A stretch of DNA of 64,000 nt. Source: the human T2T-CHM13v2.0 reference genome, Homo sapiens. Location: NCBI RefSeq assembly GCF_009914755.1, contig NC_060944.1. One strand, given 5' to 3'. A program made the position numbers and the translations under genes. This document shows, in pieces, positions 54,870 to 64,000 of the stretch. How positions within the stretch are numbered: the first letter of the stretch is position 1; every line of letters begins with the position of its first letter. The notes beneath the pieces were generated by a model that was given only the letters and a program-made list of their open reading frames with translations, searched no databases and had not been told where the DNA came from.

Positions 54870-55618
54870 TGGAGATGTTTGGGTCTTTCTTTTCATAGGA
54901 TTGGCCATCTTTAGAAGGCAATTATTTTAAAATAGCATTCTGTTTCCTCTGGTGGTACATTTCTACACCTTCCACAATGGTACTGCTTTTCAATGCTTTA
55001 AAAACCACAGTAGAAACACAAAGAAGGATATGTATGCATTCTCATTTTCTTGTACCTTCCTCCCCAAAATCACTTTCACCACCATTCTCATCACTTCTAC
55101 TACCACTAGAATGGCACAATCCTGGGACATAGGCTGGGAAGAATGATACATCTTTTCTCATAACTGATAATGCTTGCTGATAACATGTACTCTCTTCCTG
55201 GTTTTAAAACTAATGTATGTCAATTATGTATTTGTTAAATACATTTGTTTACAAGTAGCAAAAACCAACTGAAGACAACATAAGCCTTGAAGGGGCCTAT
55301 GATAGAAGGCCATAGGAGTTACTTGAGAACCTAAGGTGCAGGCTCCAGCCAGTCCTCCAAACAGACTGGACCCAGGAAGTCCCAGATATGCCCCTTCTTT
55401 CTGCTTCTCTCAGAGTCTTTTGCTCCAATCTTCTCTCATTCTATGCACTAGCTTTCTCCTAGCAGTTCCCAGAGGATCCAGAGCCTAGACAGCCAAAGCA
55501 TTGAAAACCACTGTGAAAGATTTAGAAATGTACCACCAGAGGAAACAAAATGCTATTTTAAAATAATTGCCTTCTAAAGATGGCCAACCCTATGAAAAGA
55601 AAGACCCAAATAGCTCCA
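54870..55618. repeat. Inverted repeat: arms 54870-54999 and 55495-55618, 495-nt spacer
   Basis: 88-bp core (54878-54965 vs 55523-55610) with only 2 mismatches. Confidence 0.95.
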
Positions 55619-56088
55619 TTTCATTTTCTTCTGGGTGCTACTAATGGAAAGCAGCCTAGTACGGTGGATGAGAGCTGACTCCACATTCTGCTAGCTGCAT
55701 GACTTTGGGTAAGCTTTGCCCCTTGCAAAAATAAAAAGAAATAAGGCCCTCTTCAGAACAATGTTCATCCATGGAAAACACTCTGTGAGCAGGGGCTAAC
55801 ATAATTATTAATACAAAAGGGGTAGATGACCAGTTCTTTTGATTGAAAACACGCTGAAGGATTGTGGACATTCAAAGATAAGGCAGAAGATACCTTTAAA
55901 ATTAGGAATCAGATATTATAGACTCACTCCAATTAACAAAGAGAGAAGAATTCCAAGTTTCCCAGAACAAACTGGGAGGAGAGAAACGGAGAGAGAGAAA
56001 AGTAGTATGGCAAGAGAAGGAAGCTTAACATGGTATAGTGTTACCCATGTGGAGAGCCAAATGGACTTTGAATAACAGGAATCTAATA

Positions 56089-56625
56089 CAAGGGATCTTA
56101 ATCCAGGGCCCATGGATCCCAATTGATATGGAGATAAAATTCAGGGAGTCCTTGAACTGAGTTGGGGGAAAAATTACAGCTTAGTTTCACCAACCTCCAA
56201 CTAAAAATTAACATTTTCTTCAATTATAAATGTAGGCAACACATCACAATAGTTATTGGTAACTTTTGTGGCTTTGCAATCAATAGAAATCACAGATGGT
56301 CTCATGTCATATTGTAGTTGTTGAATACATTTCAAGATATCATTTATACTTATCATTACTTTAATATTATACTCAATTTCTGTCTAACCTGTGTATCATG
56401 TTACTGAATGCATTATTAATAAAGAAGCACTTTACATCACTGTATTACCAGTTTGCTTTTTCTTAAATATTTGATAACTTTATTTCAACATAATTCATTT
56501 TCTTTATAATCCTGTACATTTTATTGCATGAATTTAAAAACATAATATTTGAAAGGGTCTATAGTTTTCACAAAACTGCCAATAGGGTCCATGAAAACAA
56601 AAAAGAAAATCTTTAAGTATCTCTG
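56089..56625 (+). mobile_element. Charlie4a hAT element
   Basis: aattcagggagtccttgaact...aatgtaggcaaca...caatagaaatcacagat...actgccaatagggtccatg. Confidence 0.85.
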
Positions 56626-56816
56626 ATATAATATAGGATGTATTCATCTTTTATATGGTATATGATAATAACCCTTCTCTTAAGCCATAGATCTTTAGTA
56701 AGAGTCTAGTATGGTACATGCAAGAGATTCATATTCCAGATTGTTTGAAGGAGGACTGGAGGTAGAAATAAAAGAGAAGGAACTATGCCCCATGCATTGG
56801 TTAAGCTACCAGATCA

Positions 56817-56932
<116 letters not shown>

Positions 56933-56982
<50 letters not shown>
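56933..56982. repeat. (CA)25 microsatellite
   Basis: 50 nt of uninterrupted CA. Confidence 0.97.
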
Positions 56983-56986
<4 letters not shown>

Positions 56987-57772
56987 AGAGAATGGAATAA
57001 TGGAATTCTAAAGATAAGAAGTCACTATCAGAGGTGATGATGAGAATGCAAGTCCTCAAGGATCCACACAACTCATTAGGAAGATGTGGACTTTCCACAG
57101 GACATGGGATGGCAGTTAAAATCCGCACTGTCTAACTCAAAAGTGGCAGGTTGGCCCCAAACTGACACCTGTGGCTTTAATAATATAAAGACCACCAGTA
57201 ACCCAAGCACCACCCAGAAATAATTACCATTATTATGCTCATATAGGTCTTCCAGTTATTTTTCTGTATATGCATACATGTATGGTGTTGTATTCATATG
57301 AAGAAAAGTTTATTGTATTAACATATATGAATACAATCAATTTTCAAAACTAGACTCAATGAAAGCACACAAATCTTACTTTTTAAACTTTGTCATGCCC
57401 AAAATATAATTTTTGTGGTTATATCATGTTTCATCATATGGAGATGCCATCTGCTGTCACTAAATCCTCTAATATTTGACATTTACATTGTGTTTAATAT
57501 TTCACTTATAAATAATGCTATACAGAAAAATTCTTATACATAATTTTTATTAAACTGATTATTTCCTTAGAATAAACTCCAAGTTATAGAAAAATTAGGT
57601 CAAAGTCTACTAACACTTTACCACTCATGAAATTCATTGCCAAATCATTTTTTGTTACAATGTTAATAGCCTCATCGGCAATGTGTAAAAAACTCACTTT
57701 GCCATCTTTTTCATCACTGCATATTATCCTTTTTTAAAATATTATTTTTTGTTTTTAATTATAAGGCATGTT

Positions 57773-58113
57773 TGTAGCTAACTTGGCAAAGTTGTCTGCA
57801 ATAGTACTTCTCATTGCTGCACGCACCCCTCCTTTGCAATTTGACGTTGCTGCTCCTTCTATCAAGTTGAATGACATGACAGGAAACAGAAACAAGTGTC
57901 TCAGCTAGGGTCCTCTAGATCAACCGGCCCCCAGCAAATCCACCAGCTGACTGCAATAGAATTGTGTAACTGTGGGCAAGACCAACAGAAGAAACACCCA
58001 GCTGAGCACAGCCCAAATTATTGGCCCTCAGAGTCATGAGTCAATAGAATGGTTGTTATTTTAGCCACTAAGTTTTGGGTTGATTTCTTACATAGCAGTA
58101 GATAACTGATATA
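57773..58113 (+). mobile_element. MLT1H/F-like LTR with internal deletion, inserted in old L1M
   Basis: ccagctgagcacagcccaaatt...ttacatagcagtagataactgata; perfect TSD atgtt at 57768-57772 and 58114-58118. Confidence 0.8.
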
Positions 58114-58299
58114 ATGTTCACTTTTGTCATAAAAATGTATATTAAATTTTAGGGAAAAGTAGTAAAATGAATCCAGTATTCCACCATCCAACATAGAAGA
58201 GACCACTGCTAACAATTTGATGTATTTTATTCCCATCTCTTTTATGTCAGTATGCATGTACTATATGGATATCAGAACTATAAACTAACCTTGCTTTTA

Positions 58300-59220
58300 A
58301 AGATTGTTACAAAAATTCTACAAGCACACCAGCAAATGTAATTCATTAAAATATTAAAAACAGTTATTTAAAATCACTAATAAAGAGATTATTTAATGCT
58401 ATTAATGAGAGCTATTTAATGCTATTATTTAATGATACATTACAAATATATGTATCAGGTCAATGAAAGTGCAATTATCTGGATAAATATTAATAAGTAA
58501 TTGGTAAGTTTGATGTCCATTTTTTAGGAAAAAAAATCATAGAATATAAGGAATAGGAAAATTCAAACCTAATATGACATGATTAAAATGTCTACCTTGA
58601 AAGCAATAGTCAATTTTATACCTAATGGCACTATATAAGCGGCATTGCTATTAGAAGTAGGAGCAAGTCAAGAATGTTCCCTACAATATCATCACTAATA
58701 ATTGCTCTGGAAATTCTAGTTAAAGCAATAAAACAAGAAGAACATTGAAATGTAACTATTAGAAAAAAGAAAATGAATTTATGAACACTTACTCATGACA
58801 TTACCACACATCTCAAATCCTAAGACAATCAAATAAAAATGTGTTAATTTGAAGATTGAGTATAAGGGCTTGATATAAAATAAATATACATTTTTTCAAA
58901 ATTGCAATAATAACATATTAGAAAACTAATGGAAATCTATCATCTTTGTAACTTTAAAAATATTTAATACCTCCTATATGTAATTTAAAATATAAATCAT
59001 CTAGAAATAAGCTAATTACTAAATGTGGAAAAAAAAGAATGAGCTTACATAACTGATGACAAAGAGATTGTCTATTAAATTATGGTGTGTCCATAAGTAA
59101 TACTACCCAGTCATTAAAAATCGTGTTTTTGAAGAATGTTTAAAAACTTGTCAAAAAGTTGTAATATAGGGTTAGGAAAAGATTCATGATACAAAATACT
59201 ATATGCAATATCATCTCAAA
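58300..59220 (+). mobile_element. Ancient L1M ORF2/3' remnant
   Basis: ggagcaagtcaagaatg...ctctggaaattctagttaaagcaataaaacaagaa resembles the L1 RT region. Confidence 0.65.
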
Positions 59221-59749
59221 TGTGTGTGTGTCTCTGTCAACATCTGTCTCTGCTTCTAAAAAGAGGTCAATAGAAAGAGACCTGAAGACAAGCTGAGCTG
59301 TTGCTCTGGCTCCCTCATCTCAGCCAATGGCTTGTTCCCCAAAGCTGCCCCCAAGACCACAGCCTGGTGCCAACGATGCGTGACATCCTCTATTCTACTT
59401 TGGAAGAGAACCAGCCTAACAAGCCTCTACAGTCCCTGTCACAGATGGAGTTCTTTACAGCAGAGATGAGCACCTGGCCTTGGGAAACCAGAGAAACAGG
59501 TCAACTGAATGGGTCACCACCATCAGTGTTCTGTAAGCGTGAGAACTCATTCTTCTTCAGCCTTCATTGTGCCTGGAGATCATCATCACCATCACCCCAT
59601 GGTCATCAACATGCTTGGGCTTCCCAAAAAGAAGCCCAAGGCTATATATCCAAGCAGATTGGACTATTTGCTAAAGATGAGTCTAACTGATTCAACATAG
59701 GTATGCTTCCCCTTGCTGAGAAACTGAGGCATCTATGACATAAATAAGG

Positions 59750-59940
59750 TAGGTGAACAAAGCCCACTGAAAGTCAGATTGACTGGTGTTCAAATCCTGG
59801 TTCTACTACTTCCCAGCTCTGGGATTTGGGGCATGTTACTAAATCTCTATGAACCTCACTTTCTACATTGTAGATGTAATTAGTAATAATATGTACCTTA
59901 CAAGGCTGGTGTGAGAATTAAAGAGGATATAGCATCGCAC
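59750..59940 (+). mobile_element. MIR
   Basis: gttcaaatcctggttctactactt...ggcatgttactaaatctctatgaacctca. Confidence 0.75.
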
Positions 59941-60174
59941 CACTTATTTCAAGGTAATAAATTTACCTTGGTCTCCAAAAAGGTAAAAAAGTGAACGAGA
60001 GCTTGGGCTTCTAATAAAAAGACTGTTGTTGGAGGAAACTCAGACTCACCATGAGTCACTTCAAATGTGCTGAGGCTGTGGAACTGCAGAGGCTATCAGT
60101 GCAATGTGAATGGTACAAAGTTGGGTCCCAAACACAGGGCTGGAAGTCCACCAGTATCTCACTGCCCATGATGG

Positions 60175-60285
60175 GTAGGATTGCCAGGAGTAGCAAATAA
60201 GAACACAGGGCAGTTAGATTTTATTTCTAATAGGCAATGAATTATTAAAATGTGGGGTATAAAAGCATGTCCCGAATGCATAAGT
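60175..60285. mobile_element. MER53 half element
   Basis: taggattgccagg..tagcaaataagaacacagg...gtataaaagcatgtccc. Confidence 0.65.
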
Positions 60286-60391
60286 ATGTATTTTTCTTCT
60301 GTTCATTGATACATCCCAGACCCCCAGACTATGCCTGACATGTAGAAGACACTTAATAAATATTTCTCTACCATGAACAAATTTCTGAATA

Positions 60392-60956
60392 TGTAGGCAG
60401 GACCCCACGAACGGTATGAAATAAAAGATTTATAATAGGAATTAGCCCTAATATGACTGTTGGAGCTGGTGGAAAAGTGTACAGAAGGCTATAGACTCTG
60501 CATCTGGTGGTGGATCTGAAGTTGCTACAGGCTAGCAGGGTTGGCAATCAGGATATCAAATGATGTGAAGAAGAGGAGAGGAAGGAACTGGGATCCACAT
60601 CTCTCTCTCTCCATGTCTAACCTTGACAACTGGTAACTTTCAGAAGAAGCAGACACCATTTGTCATAGAGCTGCACATATACCTGAACCAGGCTCAGAGA
60701 AACTGATCAACAAGATCCAGTGGAAGGAGCTGATCAGCAAAATCATACAAGGGCTGTAGCAGTGTGTGGAGCCCTACACTTTCCATGATTGCGTTAATGA
60801 TCTTCAGAGTAAAATGAGAGCTGCTTCCTTTCCACCTTCCTCGTCTCAGGTAAATTTCTCTTGTGGCCAACCCTAACCTAGAACCATACAAGGAGGGGAA
60901 TGTGGGGAAACATAGTTCCATCTTTGCTAAATTGGCACAGTTCAAAACCATCACCA
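60392..60956 (-). mobile_element. ERVL 3' LTR (LTR41/LTR52-like)
   Basis: gtggccaaccctaacctagaaccataca...ggaaacatagttcca; abuts a PPT-like tract and ERVL internal sequence. Confidence 0.65.
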
Positions 60957-62800
60957 TCTACCCTTTGCTCAACTTGGCATCCGTGCATAACTCTTTTAAT
61001 AATACCCAAATAAAGACACCAGCAAAGTCATATTTCTGCTTAACATGATCCAACTATTCTTCAAACAGTTGAAAACATGCTATCACCCCAAAAGAGGATA
61101 CAAAGTCCCACATGTCACTTTAGCCATCTCTGGGTAATGTTCATTCATCTTGCAGCTAAGCCACACCTAGTCACACCCTTTTGATATTCTGTAAGTTAAA
61201 TGCAGAGTTACAAGGTTTACTTCTCTTAATGTGTCTTGCATTTGATGGAGAGAGAATGAGAGTGGAGAAAAAGAAAAGACTTGGTTAATACAAATATAAT
61301 TATATCAAAATAATGAAGAAATATTCATAATTACTATAGGCCTTATTTCTTCAACTGGTCACGTGGCCATGGCTGGTAGTCCTGGTGCACTCCTACCATC
61401 CTTTTCACACTCCCTTTGCAATGAGCAGGTAGCCTGGCTCATCATGCTTTGTTGCCTGATAAAGTGACCCAAAGCTTCATTCCTGAAGGATCTGGGTTGT
61501 CAGCTGTCCCGCCTGTATTTGGTCATGGTGGTTTTTCAACTTTTATCACCAGACTTGGAAATACTAATGGGTGCCCCAGGGAATGCCCTACATTCCAGAC
61601 ATACTCCACTTACCCATATTACGTAGTAGCAACCCAGTCACTCCTTGGTATTCAGGATCAGTCACCCTAGCCAGCACAGTAACTCCCTTCTTTGTGGGTC
61701 CACTCAGGGACATGAGGAGGCCAAGGAGGCCAGGAAGCAGTCTCAACTTCCCTCTAATTAACTGTTATTGTGCCCCTTTTGGGGGAGCACTTCTCCCCTG
61801 GGGGTCTAAGTCTTCTTGGTTAGGAAAGGTTAGGCTGGGTACGGTGGCTCACACCTGTAATCCCAGCACTTTGGGAGGCCAAGACAGGTGGATCACTTGA
61901 GGCCAGTAGTTGAAGACCAGCTTGGTCAACATGGCGAAACTCCATCTCTACTAAAAACACAAAAATTAGCCAGGCATGGTGGCAGGTACCTGTAATCCCA
62001 GCTACTCAGGAAGCTGAAGCAGGAGAATCACTTGGATCCAGGAGGCAGAGGTTGCGATGGGCTGAGATTGTGCCACTGCACTCCAGTCTGGGTGATAGAG
62101 TGAGACTTCATCTCAAAAAATGAGGAAAGACAGGTTAAATTCACAGGGAAGGATGCAAAAACTTTGCTCTCAGACTACTAGGGTAATAGTAAGAGGAGTT
62201 CATTCCCAGACCTATGAAACCTGGCTGTGGCGAAACCATCACTGATTATTCCAGCCCCACAAAGTGCTACCACCCAGTCAGTGCCATAAAGTCTCCAAGT
62301 GGCTTATTCCAGAATCCTATCAGCCACTTGCTTTGGGCTGATGGAGGACATTGAAAGGCCAGTGAATTTAATGAGCATGAGCCAATGGCTGATCTTCATT
62401 TGCTGTCAGATGAGTCCCCTGGTCAGAAGAAATGCTCCTGGAACACTGATGGTAAAGAGGGCCCTCTGAGATCCGTGGTGGTCCTGGAAGCAGCATTTCA
62501 GGCAGAGAAAACAAGTCTATTTCTAGAGTAAGTGTCAGTTCCCATGAGAACAAAGCACTGCTCCTTCTATGATAAAAATAATTCAATGTAATTACCCTAC
62601 CACCAGGCTGATCCCCAGGGGAAAAGTGCCATATTGAGGAATCAGAGTGGGTCACTCCTGTTAGTAGGTAAAGCAGTGAGCAGTTGTCATAGCCAGAGAC
62701 AGCAGCCTTGAGGAGTGAAAGTCCATGTTGCTAAGCCCATGCAAAACCTCCATCCCCGCCACCAAAGCCATTTAGTTGATGAATTATAGACATACAAGTG
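60957..62800 (-). mobile_element. ERVL internal remnant including degenerate pol/integrase
   Basis: ORF 62368-62655(-) ends SISSDQGTHLTANEDQPLAHAH, resembling the ERVL integrase SDQGTHFTA motif; frameshifted. Confidence 0.8.
61833..62120 (+). mobile_element. Alu (Sz/Jb-like) inside the ERVL
   Basis: Full dimer with short tail. Confidence 0.95.
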
Positions 62801-63609
62801 ACAGAGGAGGCACCAAGAGACTCCTGAGTTACATCTCGTTGTTCTGTGAGCACAAGCACAAAGCAGGAAGTAGGAAACGGGGCTAATAGGAATACGGAAG
62901 ACTCGGGACTTTAGAGAACAGGCTGAAGTGACCAGAATTTATGATTTCCCATGGGTGGGTCAGAAGAGTCAAGATAATATCAACATCTTCCTCTGTATTC
63001 TGGAAGCATCTCAAATGAGCACAGAATCTGTAAGGGATTAACTGTGTGATCTATTCTGACATCCTGCTCAGCAAATGTGCCCCAGAGGAGAGAACTTGCC
63101 CCATCCCCACTCACTGGTGGCAGGATTTTGGGGGGACCCAGAAAGAGGCTGGTACATCAGAGCTCATGGAGCTCCCCTTTGGCCCATGTCCTTTGTGATA
63201 TTCATAGACCATTGATGGCTCCTTCATAATGGACCTCCCAGAACACAAACCAAAGCAAAGCAAAGAGTTCTATACCTCCCTCACTTCCACCTTACCCAAG
63301 CTTTTAACTTTAAAAGCCTCAGAGAAAAGATGTCTCCTTTGTTTTACATGTCCCCCTTCACTTCTGACATGGCACCCAATCAGCATGACTTGATAGCACA
63401 AAATAGGGCAATGCTGAATGAGGACCCTCCAGTCCCTGCCCTCAGCCCTCATCTCCCTTTTTCCTGCCTTCTCTCCATTCCAGGAGACTGTTGTTACCAC
63501 AGCCCTGGAATTCCTAGCACACATCACAATGGCCACCTGGAAGTTCACGGGAAGGAAGCTCAACCCCCTGACATCAAGCAAACGGTTGTTAGTTCATGGC
63601 AATTAGCAG

Positions 63610-63810
63610 CTGTACTTGAGGCTGGGGAGCTGAAGTCATAGTCCAGGCTCTGACCCTTACTGGTAGTGAAACTTCACCTTGACCCCTGTGCTTCCCACTC
63701 TGTAAAATGAAGGTGGGAACAGCTCGCTGAGTGACTGTTGTGGGGATTAGATGATATTTGTGGAAGAACTTTGTAAGGGGTAAAGAGGTATCACCTTATA
63801 AGGTAATGTC
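63610..63810 (+). mobile_element. MIR
   Basis: cctgtgcttcccactctgtaaaatga...gttgtggggattagatgat. Confidence 0.6.
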
Positions 63811-64000
63811 ATCATTTTTAAGGTGGGGCAAGTGACAGTCAGACACTCAAGTTAGAGCAAAGCCAGGAGAAGGTTGCACTGGCATGGAAAGGGGTAAATA
63901 GCCCACCTCCACCAGCCTCTCTGGAGGGTCAACTCCAAAGTTATTAGAGTTTTAAGTTTTGGGTAAAAAATGTTTGTCCTTAGAGTAACTCCTCACTTCT

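Noticed and set aside
59301-59700. 129-aa ORF and His-run ORF in unique sequence
   Set aside because: No recognisable homology or convincing splice boundaries; the His run comes from a short (CAT/CAC) repeat

Overview
This is primate (human-type) nuclear DNA, intergenic or deep intronic, with no protein-coding exon I can recognise. Most ORFs in the track are translations of Alu, L1, LTR or simple repeats, or chance frames. One ORF is a decayed ERVL integrase remnant. The window is a layered transposon archive: 13 Alus and 2 monomeric Alu/FLAM-like elements, L1PA 3' ends, old L1M/L2/MIR fragments, MaLR and ERVL LTRs, a partial ERVL provirus, and DNA-transposon MITEs (MER2, MER3, MER58A, MER94, Charlie4a, MER53, piggyBac MER85). 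Repeat subfamily names come from my recollection of consensus sequences and need RepeatMasker/Dfam confirmation. The main structure not explained by repeat annotation is a set of locally templated inverted duplications at three scales. These are ~168-bp arms inside an MLT1I LTR (29883-30315), ~125-130-bp arms around a 495-bp spacer (54870-55618), and a perfect 15-bp hairpin (2398-2432). Other points of interest are a twin-primed micro-L1, a TTAA-flanked MER85, a ~30-unit GGAA microsatellite, several repeat-free AT-rich motif-dense blocks that may be enhancers, and one 91-nt candidate exon. I found no convincing evidence of a new gene system.
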